Positions 13,330 to 27,000 of a DNA stretch of 55,459 nt are shown here, one piece after another. Origin of the DNA: Eledone cirrhosa (Eukaryota). The notes under the pieces are model-generated. The model was given only the letters and a program-made list of their open reading frames with translations. It was not told the origin of the DNA and did not search any database. Position 1 is the stretch's first letter. Every line of letters begins with the position of its first letter. The position numbers and the translations under genes were made by a program. The stretch covers positions 1-55,459 of the forward strand of contig CAXHJY010001111.1 of the NCBI GenBank assembly GCA_964016885.1, written 5' to 3'.

Positions 13330-14427
13330 ATATATATTACATATCATTCTTTGAGAAACATAAAATGATAACACAAACATAAATTACAGTTCTAGTTATT
13401 GCTCCAAAAAAGTTACAGAATTTTTTTTACCGTAAAAATTGGTACTTTTGTTAATTTTCTTTTTTTTTTTTTTGTAAAAGTTAAACAATCTTCAAAAGTT
13501 GAAGAATTTCTGACCGATTCCAATGAAGGCTTTAACTGAGAGCCAAATGAATCAAAATTCTTTCCTTTTGAGTAAAAGTAAAAACCCTTTGAATATGAAT
13601 CAAAGCAAAAAGATCACAAAAGATTGATTTTCTTAAAGATATCGTTTCCAAACTCAATGCAACTAATGCCATGAGCGAAGAAGAATTTTGGTAGCTTTGA
13701 CGTTAAATCTTTTATTGGAAATCTATGATGAACATGTAGAGAAATGTTAGGAAATATCAATGCAAGAGTAACTATTGCAGTAGCTGTTTCATATCAAACC
13801 TTATTATATAGAAATTAAATCCACATACCTTGAAATGAATTACAAAAGCACAGTGGATGGTAGAGATTAAAAGACCGAATTACTGACTTCAAGATTGTCA
13901 CTTCCAGATAATGGCTACAGCTATCATGCGTAGGTAGTGACATACCGTATATACTTGTATATAAGCCAAGAATTATGTGACGAAAAAGAAAAAAAAAAAA
14001 TTGATGGTAAAATGGGGGTCAGTTTATATTTGAGGTCAATATTTTGCTGTCTTTCACTAACTTAAAAATTCTACATAAATAAAGAGTTCAAATATTTTTG
14101 CTTTGAAGGTGAATATTATGCCAGTTTCAATTTGGAGGTGAATATTACACAAATTTCACTTTCAACATGAAATTCATATTTCCTATTGTTTTTTTTTTTT
14201 TGTTTTGAATGAATATGGACTTCAAAATGGTCAGAAATTGTCTAAAAAATTATTATGTAATGAAGTTGTGAAACAAAACTATACTCTTTAAATCTGCATG
14301 AAGACATTACATAACATAGTTCTAGATACTAAAAAAAAACATATGTGATGATTATAACTGAAATACTTTTGATCATAGATCTGCTAATTTAAGGAGCTGT
14401 AGGGCTAAATAATCCACATTATATAAT

Positions 14428-14533
14428 GCCACCGAGGTTAACTTTGCCTTTCATCCTTACGGGGGTCGATAAAATAAAGTACCAGTAATACACTGGGATA
14501 ATTGCTGGCCTTGTGCCAAAAGTAGAAACAATT
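14428..14533 (+). mobile_element. SINE family A, 3' half
   Basis: ccgaggttaactttgcctttcatcc...ggccttgtgccaaaagtagaaacaatt. Confidence 0.8.
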
Positions 14534-14596
14534 ATATAATGTAGTTCTAGGCATATAAATCTGTTCATTTAAAGATCACCTGGGGCTAAATAATGG

Positions 14597-15405
14597 CTTC
14601 TGATTTAGGCACAAAGCCAATAATTTTTAGGAGGAAGGAGTCGATTAAATCGACCCCTGTGCATTACTGGTGGTTTATTTTATTGACCCTGTAAGGATGA
14701 AAGGCAAAGCTAACCTCAGCAGGATTTGAACTCAGAACGTAAAAGGAAATAACAACGAGGGTCGGCTGAAAAGTTCATATGCTGACCAAGATACTCTCAT
14801 GGAATTACCAAATGTAGTTTATTTTTCAACATAGTCCCTGGAAAGAAACAATAGTTATTAACAAGAAGAGTTAAAATAAATGCATGCAAGATTTTACAGC
14901 TCAAGCATCACTCCTTCATAAGCAACCTATGAACTTTTCAGCAGACCCTCATATATGCCATAAAGCATGTCGTCCAATGTTCTACCAATGCTGCCAATCC
15001 ATCTCCCTACCTGGGACTAAAGAATTGTTTCTACTTTTGGCACAAGGCCAGCAATTACCCAGTGCATTACTGGTACTTTATTTTACCAACCTCGTAAGGA
15101 TAAAAGGCAAAGTTAACCTTGGCGGGATTTGAACTCAGACTGTAAAGGGCTGTAACTCTATGCTGCAAAGCATGGCGTAGACTCTCTATGCTACCTGGGA
15201 CTAAATAATGTTTTTTTTATATAGGCAGAAAGCCAACAATTTGGGGGAGGGGGAAGTCGATTAAATCGACCCAAGTGCATTACTGGTACTTTATTTTATC
15301 GACCCCCGTAAGGATGAAAGGCAAAGTTAACGTCGGCGGGATTTGAACTCAGATCATAAAGGGCTGTAACTATACTTGCAAAGCATGGCGTCCAACCCTC
15401 TATGC
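14597..15405 (-). mobile_element. Three tandem SINE family A copies
   Basis: Copies at about 14597-15001 (interrupted by a MITE), 15023-15190 and 15209-15405. Confidence 0.8.
14756..14951. mobile_element. Mariner-type MITE nested in a SINE
   Basis: 24-bp TIRs cgagggtcggctgaaaagttcata / tatgaacttttcagcagaccctca; the SINE sequence resumes on both sides. Confidence 0.75.
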
Positions 15406-15694
15406 TACCCGGGACTAAATAACAACAATTTAGCAGTGAGACATGTCTGGTTGATATAGAGAGGGAGAGAAAGAAGAGAGTGAGATGGCAGAGATGTTAT
15501 TAGAAATAAATGAGACTGGTTGGATAGATAAACTATAATAATGGAAATCTGTCTTGTGGAGATAAGAATGGATTAGAATTAATATAAAATGAAATGAGAT
15601 CAATTAATTAGCTTCACAGTAGATTTAATTAACAAAGCCATAATTATCAAATAAACAAGTTAAGCAAATTAAATTATATTGCTACGTGATAACT

Positions 15695-18600
15695 GTTGTT
15701 GTTTAGCCCCAGGTCAGACCTAAATTAGAAAGAGGTATGATCAAATATGTACCAGCCATAACCATCCTGTCTTTATCATTGGTGTTGTTTAGCCCCAGGT
15801 CAGACCTAAATTAGAAAGAGGTATGATCAAATATGTATCAGCCATAACCATCCTGTCTTTATCATTGGTGTTGTTTAGCCCCAGGTCAGACCTAAATTAG
15901 AAAGAGGTATGATCAAATATGTATCAGCCATAACCATCCTGTCTTTATCATTGGTGTTGTTTAGCCCCAGGTCAGACCTAAATTAGAAAGAGGTATGATC
16001 AAATATGTACCAGCCATAACCATCCTGTCTTTATCATTGGTGTTGTTTAGCCCCAGGTCAGACCTAAATTAGAAAGAGGTATGATCAAATATGTACCAGC
16101 CATAACCATCCTGTCTTTATCATTGGTGTTGTTTAGCCCCAGGTCAGACCTAAATTAGAAAGAGGTATGATCAAATATGTACCAGCCATAACCATCCTGT
16201 CTTTATCATTGGTGTTGTTTAGCCCCAGGTCAGACCTAAATTAGAAAGAGGTATGATCAAATATGTATCAGCCATAACCATCCTGTCTTTATCATTGGTG
16301 TTGTTTAGCCCCAGGTCAGACCTAAATTAGAAAGAGGTATGATCAAATATGTATCAGCCATAACCATCCTGTCTTTATCATTGGTGTTGTTTAGCCCCAG
16401 GTCAGACCTAAATTAGAAAGAGGTATGATCAAATATGTACCAGCCATAACCATCCTGTCTTTATCATTGGTGTTGTTTAGCCCCAGGTCAGACCTAAATT
16501 AGAAAGAGGTATGATCAAATATGTACCAGCCATAACCATCCTGTCTTTATCATTGGTGTTGTTTAGCCCAAAGTCAGGCCTAAATTAGAAAGAGGTATGA
16601 TCAAATATGTACCAGCCATAACCATCCTGTCTTTATCATTAGTGTTGTTTAGCCCCAGGTCAGACCTAAATTAGAAAGAAGTATGATCAAATATGTACCA
16701 GCCATAACCATCCTGTCTTTATCATAGTATTGTTTAGCCCAAAGTCAGGCCTAAATTAGAAAGAGTTATGATCAAATATGTACCAGCCATAACCATCCTG
16801 TCTTTATCATTGGTGTTGTTTAGCCCCAGGTCAGACCTAAATTAGAAAGAGGTATGATCAAATATGTACCAGCCATAACCATCCTGTCTTTATCATTGGT
16901 GTTGTTTAGCCCAAAGTCAGGCCTAAATTAGAAAGAGGTATGATCAAATATGTACCAGCCATAACCATCCTGTCTTTATCATTGGTGTTGTTTAGCCCCA
17001 GGTCAGACCTAAATTAGAAAGAGGTATGATCAAATATGTACCAGCCATAACCATCCTGTCTTTATCATTGGTGTTGTTTAGCCCAGGTCAGACCTAAATT
17101 AGAAAGAGGTATGATCAAATATGTACCAGCCATAACCATCCTGTCTTTATCATTGGTGTTGTTTAGCCCAGGTCAGACCTAAATTAGAAAGAGGTATGAT
17201 CAAATATGTACCAGCCATAACCATCCTGTCTTTATCATTGGTGTTGTTTAGCCCAGGTCAGACCTAAATTAGAAAGAGGTATGATCAAATATGTACCAGC
17301 CATAACCATCCTGTCTTTATCATTGGTGTTGTTTAGCCCAAAGTCAGGCCTAAATTAGAAAGAGGTATGATCAAATATGTACCAGCCATAACCATCCTGT
17401 CTTTATCATTGGTGTTGTTTAGCCCCAGGTCAGACCTAAATTAGAAAGAGGTATGATCAAATATGTACCAGCCATAACCATCCTGTCTTTATCATTGGTG
17501 TTGTTTAGCCCAAAGTCAGGCCTAAATTAGAAAGAGATATGATCAAATATGTACCAGCCATAACCATCCTGTCTTTATCATTGTGTTGTTTACCCCCAGG
17601 TCAGACCTAAATTAGAAAGAGGTATGATCAAATATGTACCAGCCATAACCATCCTGTCTTTATCATTGTGTTGTTTAGCCCAAAGTCAGGCCTAAATTAG
17701 AAAGAGGTATGATCAAATATGTACCAGCCATAACCATCCTGTCTTTATCATTGTGTTGTTTACCCCCAGGTCAGGCCTAAATTAGAAAGAGGTATGATCA
17801 AATATGTACCAGCCATAACCATCCTGTCTTTATCATTGGTGCTGTTTAGCCCCAGGTCAGACCTAAATTAGAAAGAGGTATGATCAAATATGTACCAGCC
17901 ATAACCATCCTGTCTTTATCATTGTGTTGTTTAGCCCAAAGTCAGGCCTAAATTAGAAAGAGGTATGATCAAATATGTACCAGCTATGACCATCCTGTCT
18001 TTATCATTGGTGTTGTTTAGCCCAGGTCAGGCCTAAATTAGAAAGAGGTATGATCAAATATGTACCAGCCATAACCATCCTGTCTTTATCATTGGTGTTG
18101 TTTAGCCCCAGGTCAGGCCTAAATTAGAAAGAGGTATGATCAAATATGTACCAGCCATAACCATCCTGTCTTTATCATTGGTGTTGTTTACCCCCAGGTC
18201 AGACCTAAATTAGAAAGAGGTATGATCAAATATGTACCAGCCATAACCATCCTGTCTTTATCATTGGTGTTGTTTAGCCCCAGGTCAGACCTAAATTAGA
18301 AAGAGGTATGATCAAATATGTACCAGCCATAACCATCCTGTCTTTATCATTGGTGTTGTTTACCCCCAGGTCAGACCTAAATTAGAAAGAGGTATGATCA
18401 AATATGTACCAGCCATAACCATCCTGTCTTTATCATTGGTGTTGTTTAGCCCAAAGTCAGGCCTAAATTAGAAAGAGGTATGATCAAATATGTACCAGCC
18501 ATAACCATCCTGTCTTTATCATTAGTGTTGTTTAGCCCCAGGTCAGACCTAAATTAGAAAGAAGTATGATCAAATATGTACCAGCCATAACCATCCTGTC

Positions 18601-20820
18601 TTTATCATAGTATTGTTTAGCCCAAAGTCAGGCCTAAATTAGAAAGAGTTATGATCAAATATGTACCAGCCATAACCATCCTGTCTTTATCATTGGTGTT
18701 GTTTAGCCCCAGGTCAGACCTAAATTAGAAAGAGGTATGATCAAATATGTACCAGCCATAACCATCCTGTCTTTATCATTGGTGTTGTTTAGCCCAAAGT
18801 CAGGCCTAAATTAGAAAGAGGTATGATCAAATATGTACCAGCCATAACCATCCTGTCTTTATCATTGTGTTGTTTAGCCCAAAGTCAGGCCTAAATTAGA
18901 AAGAGGTATGATCAAATATGTACCAGCCATAACCATCCTGTCTTTATCATTGGTGTTGTTTAGCCCAGGTCAGACCTAAATTAGAAAGAGGTATGATCAA
19001 ATATGTACCAGCCATAACCATCCTGTCTTTATCATTGGTGTTGTTTAGCCCAAAGTCAGGCCTAAATTAGAAAGAGGTATGATCAAATATGTACCAGCCA
19101 TAACCATCCTGTCTTTATCATTGGTGTTGTTTAGCCCCAGGTCAGACCTAAATTAGAAAGAGGTATGATCAAATATGTACCAGCCATAACCATCCTGTCT
19201 TTATCATTGGTGTTGTTTAGCCCAAAGTCAGGCCTAAATTAGAAAGAGATATGATCAAATATGTACCAGCCATAACCATCCTGTCTTTATCATTGTGTTG
19301 TTTACCCCCAGGTCAGACCTAAATTAGAAAGAGGTATGATCAAATATGTACCAGCCATAACCATCCTGTCTTTATCATTGTGTTGTTTAGCCCAAAGTCA
19401 GGCCTAAATTAGAAAGAGGTATGATCAAATATGTACCAGCCATAACCATCCTGTCTTTATCATTGTGTTGTTTACCCCCAGGTCAGGCCTAAATTAGAAA
19501 GAGGTATGATCAAATATGTACCAGCCATAACCATCCTGTCTTTATCATTGGTGCTGTTTAGCCCCAGGTCAGACCTAAATTAGAAAGAGGTATGATCAAA
19601 TATGTACCAGCCATAACCATCCTGTCTTTATCATTGGTGTTGTTTAGCCCAAAGTCAGGCCTAAATTAGAAAGAGGTATGATCAAATATGTACCAGCTAT
19701 GACCATCCTGTCTTTATCATTGGTGTTGTTTAGCCCAGGTCAGGCCTAAATTAGAAAGAGGTATGATCAAATATGTACCAGCCATAACCATCCTGTCTTT
19801 ATCATTGGTGTTGTTTAGCCCCAGGTCAGGCCTAAATTAGAAAGAGGTATGATCAAATATGTACCAGCCATAACCATCCTGTCTTTATCATTGGTGTTGT
19901 TTACCCCCAGGTCAGACCTAAATTAGAAAGAGGTATGATCAAATATGTACCAGCCATAACCATCCTGTCTTTATCATTGGTGTTGTTTAGCCCCAGGTCA
20001 GACCTAAATTAGAAAGAGGTATGATCAAATATGTACCAGCCATAACCATCCTGTCTTTATCATTGGTGTTGTTTACCCCCAGGTCAGACCTAAATTAGAA
20101 AGAGGTATGATCAAATATGTTCCAGCCATAACCATCCTGTCTTTATCATTGTGTTGTTTAGCCCAAAGTCAGGCCTAAATTAGAAAGAGGTATGATCAAA
20201 TATGTACCAGCCATAACCATCCTGTCTTTATCATTGGTGTTGTTTAGCCCAAAGTCAGGCCTAAATTAGAAAGAGGTATGATCAAATATGTACCAGCCAT
20301 AACCATCCTGTCTTTATCATTGGTGTTGTTTAGCCCCAGGTCAGACCTAAATTAGAAAGAGGTATGATCAAATATGTACCAGCCATAACCATCCTAGTCT
20401 TTATCATTGGTGTTGTTTAGCCCAAAGTCAGGCCTAAATTAGAAAGAGGTATGATCAAATATGTACCAGCCATAACCCTCCTGTCTTTATCATTGGTGTT
20501 GTTTAGCCCCAGGTCAGACCTAAATTAGAAAGAGGTATGATCAAATATGTACCAGCCATAACCATCCTGTCTTTATCATTGGTGTTGTTTAGCCCAAAGT
20601 CAGGCCTAAATTAGAAAGAGGTATGATCAAATATGTACCAGCCATAACCATCCTGTCTTTATCATTGGTGTTGTTTAGCCCCAGGTCAGACCTAAATTAG
20701 AAAGAGTCATGATCAAATATGTACCAGCCATAACCATCCTGTCTTTATCATTGTGTTGTTTAGCCCCAGGTCAGACCTAAATTAGAAAGAGTCATGATCA
20801 AATATGTACCAGCTATGACC
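15695..20820. repeat. 86-bp tandem satellite, ~60 copies
   Basis: Unit ggtgttgtttagccccaggtcagacctaaattagaaagaggtatgatcaaatatgtaccagccataaccatcctgtctttatcatt (period 15781 to 15867). Diverged copies continue to about 20955. Confidence 0.97.
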
Positions 20821-20957
20821 ACTCTGTTTTTGTTGCTGTTGCTGAACCTTAGGTCAACACTAAATTAGCAAGACTATAATATAAAGTGTACCAGCTGCAA
20901 CCATCTTCTCTGTTTGATGGGTATGATTTAGCCCCGAGTCAGTCATAATTTAGCAGC

Positions 20958-21090
20958 ATTGGCAGTATCGGTAGAGGGTTGGATGCCATGCTTTCGAGCA
21001 TAGTTACGTCCCTTTACGTTCTGAGTTCAAATCCCGCCGAGGTTGACTTTGCCTTTCATCCTTACAAGGGTCGATAAAATAAAGTACCAG
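20958..21090 (+). mobile_element. SINE family A, 3'-truncated at the 21-bp satellite
   Basis: Head and core are intact up to aaagtaccagt, after which the satellite starts. Confidence 0.85.
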
Positions 21091-24000
21091 TGTATAGTGG
21101 TGTTGGTGGGGAGTATGGTGGTGTTGGTGGGGTGTATAGTGGTGTTGGTGGGGAGTATAGGGGTGTTGGAGGGGAGTATGGTGGTGTTGGTGGGGAGTAT
21201 AGTGGTGTTGGTGGGGTGTATAGTGGTGTTGGTGGGGAGTATGGTGGTGTTGGAGGGGAGTATGGTGGTGTTGGTGGGGAGTATAGTGGTGTTGGTGGGG
21301 TGTATAGTGGTGTTGGTGGGGTGTATAGTGGTGTTGGTGGGGAGTATAGTGGTGTTGGTGGGGAGTATAGTGGTGTTGGAGGGGAGTATAGTGGTGTTGG
21401 TGGGGTGTATAGTGGTGTTGGTGGGGAGTATGGTGGTGTTGGAGGGGAGTATGGTGGTGTTGGTGGGGAGTATAATGGTGTTGGTGGGGTGTATAGTGGT
21501 GTTGGTGGGGTGTATAGTGGTGTTGGTGGGGAGTATAGTGGTGTTGGAGGGGAGTATGGTGGTGTTGGTGGGGAGTATAGTGGTGTTGGTGGGGAGTATA
21601 GTGGTGTTGGTGGGGAGTATAGTGGTGTTGGAGGGGAGTATGGTGGTGTTGGTGGGGAGTATAGTGGTGTTGGTGGGGTGTATAGTGGTGTTGGTGGGGA
21701 GTATAGTGGTGTTGGTGGGGTGTATGGTGGTGTTGGTGGGGTGTATGGTGGTGTTGGAGGGGAGTATGGTGGTGTTGGTGGGGAGTATAATGGTGTTGGT
21801 GGGGAGTATAGTGGTGTTGGTGGGGAGTATAGTGGTGTTGGAGGGGAGTATAGTGGTGTTAGTGGGGAGTATAGTGGTGTTGGTGGGGTGTATAGTGGTG
21901 TTGGTGGGGTGTATAGTGGTGTTGGTGGGGAGTATAGTGGTGTTGGTGGGGTGTATAGTGGTGTTGGTGGGGAGTATAGTGGTGTTGGTGGGGAGTATGG
22001 TGGTGTTAGTGGGGAGTATAGTGGTGTTGGTGGGGTGTATAGTGGTGTTGGTGGGGAGTATAGTGGTGTTGGTGGGGAGTATAGTGGTGTTGGAGGGGAG
22101 TATAGTGGTGTTGGTGGGGAGTATAGTGGTGTTGGTGGGGAGTATAGTGGTGTTGGTGGGGAGTATGGTGGTGTTGGAGGGGAGTATGGTGGTGTTGGTG
22201 GGGAGTATAATGGTGTTGGTGGGGAGTATAGTGGTGTTGGTGGGGTGTATAGTGGTGTTGGTGGGGTGTATGGTGGTGTTGGAGGGGAGTATGGTGGTGT
22301 TGGTGGGGAGTATAATGGTGTTGGTGGGGAGTATAGTGGTGTTGGTGGGGAGTATAGTGGTGTTGGTGGGGAGTATAGTGGTGTTGGTGGGGTGTATAGT
22401 GGTGTTGGTGGGGAGTATAGTGGTGTTGGTGGGGAGTATAGTGGTGTTGGAGGGGAGTATAGTGGTATTGGTGGGGAGTATAATGGTGTTGGTGGGGAGT
22501 ATAGTGGTGTTGGTGGGGTGTATAGTGGTGTTGGTGGGGTGTATGGTGGTGTTGGAGGGGAGTATGGTGGTGTTGGTGGGGAGTATAATGGTGTTGGTGG
22601 GGAGTATAGTGGTGTTGGTGGGGAGTATAGTGGTGTTGGTGGGGTGTATAGTGGTGTTGGTGGGGAGTATAGTGGTGTTGGTGGGGAGTATGGTGGTGTT
22701 GGAGGGGAGTATGGTGGTGTTGGTGGGGAGTATAATGGTGTTGGTGGGGAGTATAGTGGTGTTGGTGGGGAGTATAGTGGTGTTGGAGGGGAGTATGGTG
22801 GTGTTAGTGGGGAGTATAGTGGTGTTGGTGGGGTGTATAGTGGTGTTGGTGGGGAGTATAGTGGTGTTGGAGGGGAGTATAGTGGTGTTGGTGGGGAGTA
22901 TGGTGGTGTTGGAGGGGAGTATGGTGGTGTTGGTGGGGAGTATAGTGGTGTTGGTGGGGTGTATAGTGGTGTTGGTGGGGAGTATGGTGGTGTTGGTGGG
23001 GAGTATAGTGGTGTTGGTGGGGAGTATAGTGGTGTTGGTGGGGAGTATAATGGTGTTGGTGGGGTGTATAGTGGTGTTGGTGGGGAGTATGGTGGTGTTG
23101 GTGGGGTGTATAGTGGTGTTGGTGGGGAGTATGGTGGTGTTGGTGGGGAGTATGGTGGTGTTGGTGGGGAGTATGGTGGTGTTGGTGGGGAGTATAGTGG
23201 TGTTGGTGGGGAGTATAATGGTGTTGGTGGGGAGTATAGTGGTGTTGGTGGGGTGTATAGTGGTGTTGGTGGGGAGTATGGTGGTGTTGGTGGGGAGTAT
23301 GGTGGTGTTGGTGGGGAGTATAGTGGTGTTGGTGGGGAGTATAATGGTGTTGGTGGGGAGTATAGTGGTATTGGTGGGGTGTATAGTGGTGTTGGTGGGG
23401 AGTATGGTGGTGTTGGAGGGGAGTATAATGGTGTTGGTGGGGAGTATAGTGGTGTTGGTGGGGAGTATAGTGGTGTTGGTGGGGAGTATGGTGGTGTTGG
23501 AGGGGAGTATGGTGGTGTTGGTGGGGAGTATAGTGGTGTTGGTGGGGTGTATAGTGGTGTTGGTGGGGAGTATGGTGGTGTTGGTGGGGAGTATAGTGGT
23601 GTTGGTGGGGAGTATGGTGGTGTTGGAGGGGAGTATAGTGGTGTTGGTGGGGAGTAGTGTGGTGTTGGTGGGGGGTATGGTGGTGTTGGAGGGGAGTATA
23701 GTGGTGTTGGTGGGGAGTATGGTGGTGTTGGAGGGGAGTATAGTGGTGTTGGTGGGGAGTATAGTGGTGTTGGTGGGGAGTATGGTGGTGTTGGAGGGGA
23801 GTATGGTGGTGTTGGTGGGGTATATAGTGGTGTTGGTGGGGAGTATAGTGGTGTTGGTGGGGAGTATGGTGGTGTTGGAGGGGAGTATAGTGGTGTTGGT
23901 GGGGAGTATAGTGGTGTTGGTGGGGAGTATGGTGGTGTTGGAGGGGAGTATGGTGGTGTTGGTGGGGTATATAGTGGTGTTGGTGGGGAGTATAGTGGTG

Positions 24001-27000
24001 TTGGTGGGGTGTATAGTGGTGTTGGTGGGGAGTATGGTGGTGTTGGTGGGGAGTATAGTGGTGTTGGTGGGGAGTATGGTGGTGTTGGAGGGGAGTATAG
24101 TGGTGTTGGTGGGGTGTATAGTGGTGTTGGTGGGGTGTATAGTGGTGTTGGTGGGGAGTATGGTGGTGTTGGTGGGGAGTATGGTGGTGTTGGTGGGGAG
24201 TATGGTGGTGTTGGTGGGGAGTATGGTGGTGTTGGAGGGGAGTATGGTGGTGTTGGTGGGGAGTATAGTGGTGTTGGTGGGGAGTATGGTGGTGTTGGTG
24301 GGGAGTATGGTGGTGTTGGAGGGGAGTATGGTGGTGTTGGTGGGGAGTATAGTGGTGTTGGTGGGGAGTATGGTGGTGTTGGTGGGGAGTATGGTGGTGT
24401 TGGTGGGGAGTATGGTGGTGTTGGAGGGGAGTATGGTGGTGTTGGTGGGGAGTATAGTGGTGTTGGTGGGGTGTATAGTGGTGTTGGTGGGGAGTATGGT
24501 GGTGTTGGTGGGGAGTATAGTGGTGTTGGTGGGGAGTATGGTGGTGTTGGAGGGGAGTATAGTGGTGTTGGTGGGGTGTATAGTGGTGTTGGTGGGGAGT
24601 ATGGTGGTGTTGGAGGGGAGTATGGTGGTGTTGGTGGGGAGTATAGTGGTGTTGGAGGGGAGTATAGTGGTGTTGGTGGGGAGTATAGTGGTGTTGGTGG
24701 GGAGTATGGTGGTGTTGGTGGGGAGTATAGTGGTGTTGGTGGGGTGTATAGTGGTGTTGGTGGGGAGTATGGTGGTGTTGGTGGGGAGTATAGTGGTGTT
24801 GGTGGGGAGTATAGTGGTGTTGGTGGGGAGTATAGTGGTGTTGGAGGGGAGTATAATGGTGTTGGTGGGGTGTATAGTGGTGTTGGAGGGGTGTATAGTG
24901 GTGTTGGTGGGGAGTATAGTGGTGTTGGAGGGGAGTATGGTGGTGTTGGTGGGGAGTATAGTGGTGTTGGTGGGGAGTATAGTGGTGTTGGTGGGGAGTA
25001 TAGTGGTGTTGGAGGGGAGTATAATGGTGTTGGTGGGGTGTATAGTGGTGTTGGAGGGGAGTATAGTGGTGTTGGTGGGGTGTATAGTGGTGTTGGTGGG
25101 GAGTATAGTGGTGTTGGAGGGGAGTATAGTGGTGTTGGTGGGGAGTATAGTGGTGTTGGAGGGGAGTATGGTGGTGTTGGTGGGGAGTATAGTGGTGTTG
25201 GTGGGGAGTATAGTGGTGTTGGTGGGGAGTATGGTGGTGTTGGAGGGGAGTATGGTGGTGTTGGTGGGGAGTATAGTGGTGTTGGTGGGGAGTATGGTGG
25301 TGTTGGTGGGGAGTATAGTGGTGTTGGTGGGGAGTATAGTGGTGTTGGAGGGGAGTATAATGGTGTTGGTGGGGAGTATAGTGGTGTTGGTGGGGAGTAT
25401 AGTGGTGTTGGTGGGGTGTATAGTGGTGTTGGTGGGGAGTATAGTGGTGTTGGAGGGGAGTATGGTGGTGTTGGTGGGGAGTATAGTGGTGTTGGTGGGG
25501 AGTATAGTGGTGTTGGTGGGGAGTATAGTGGTGTTGGTGGGGAGTATGGTGGTGTTGGAGGGGAGTATGGTGGTGTTGGTGGGGAGTATAATGGTGTTGG
25601 TGGGGAGTATAGTGGTGTTGGTGGGGAGTATAGTGGTGTTGGAGGGGAGTATGGTGGTGTTAGTGGGGAGTATAGTGGTGTTGGTGGGGTGTATGGTGGT
25701 GTTGGTGGGGAGTATGGTGGTGTTGGTGGGGAGTATAGTGGTGTTGGTGGGGAGTATAGTGGTGTTGGTGGGGAGTATGGTGGTGTTGGAGGGGAGTATG
25801 GTGGTGTTGGTGGGGAGTATAATGGTGTTGGTGGGGAGTATAGTGGTGTTGGTGGGGAGTATAGTGGTGTTGGAGGGGAGTATGGTGGTGTTGGTGGGGA
25901 GTATAGTGGTGTTGGTGGGGTGTATAGTGGTGTTGGTGGGGAGTATAGTGGTGTTGGTGGGGTGTATAGTGGTGTTGGTGGGGAGTATGGTGGTGTTGGA
26001 GGGGAGTATGGTGGTGTTGGTGGGGAGTATAATGGTGTTGGTGGGGAGTATAGTGGTGTTGGTGGGGAGTATAGTGGTGTTGGTGGGGTGTATGGTGGTG
26101 TTGGTGGGGTGTATGGTGGTGTTGGTGGGGAGTATAGTGGTGGTGGTGGGGAGTATAGTGGTGTTGGTGGGGAGTATAATGGTGTTGGTGGGGAGTATAG
26201 TGGTGTTGGAGGGGAGTATGGTGGTGTTGGAGGGGAGTATGGTGGTGTTGGTGGGGAGTATAATGGTGTTAGTGGGGAGTATAGTGGTGTTGGTGGGGAG
26301 TATAGTGGTGTTGGTGGGGAGTATAGTGGTGCTGGGGTGTACAGTGGTGTTGGTGGGGAGTATAGTGGTGTTGGAGGGGAGTATGGTGGTGTTGGTGGGG
26401 AGTATAGTGGTGTTGGTGGGGTGTATAGTGGTGTTGGTGGGGAGTATGGTGGTGTTGGTGGGGAGTATGGTGGTGTTGGAGGGGAGTATGGTGGTGTTGG
26501 TGAGGAGTATAATGGTGTTGGTGGGGTGTATAGTGGTGTTTGTGGGGAGTATGGTGGTGTTGGACGGGAGTATAGTGGTGTTGGTGGGGTGTATAGTGGT
26601 GTTGGTGGGGTGTATAGTGGTGTTGGTGGGGAGTATGGTGGTGTTGGTGGGGTGTATAGTGGTGTTGGTGGGGAGTATGGTGGTGTTGGAGGGGAGTATG
26701 GTGGTGGTGGAGGGGAGTATAGTGGTGTTGGTGGGGAGTATAGTGGTGTTGGTGGGGAGTATAGTGGTGTTGGAGGGGAGAATGGTGGTGTTGGGGGGGT
26801 GTATAGTGGTGTTGGTGGGGAGTATAGTGGTGTTGGTGGGGAGTATAGTGGTGTTGGTGGGGAGTATAGTGGTGTTGGAGGGGAGTATAGTGGTGTTGGT
26901 GGGGAGTATAGTGGTGTTGGTGGGGAGTATAGTGGTGTTGGTGGGGAGTATAGTGGTGTTGGTGGGGAGTATAGTGGTGTTGGAGGGGAGTATAGTGGTG

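Noticed and set aside
15695-20820. CRISPR array
   Set aside because: The whole 86-bp unit repeats with no unique spacers, there are no cas genes, and the context is eukaryotic.
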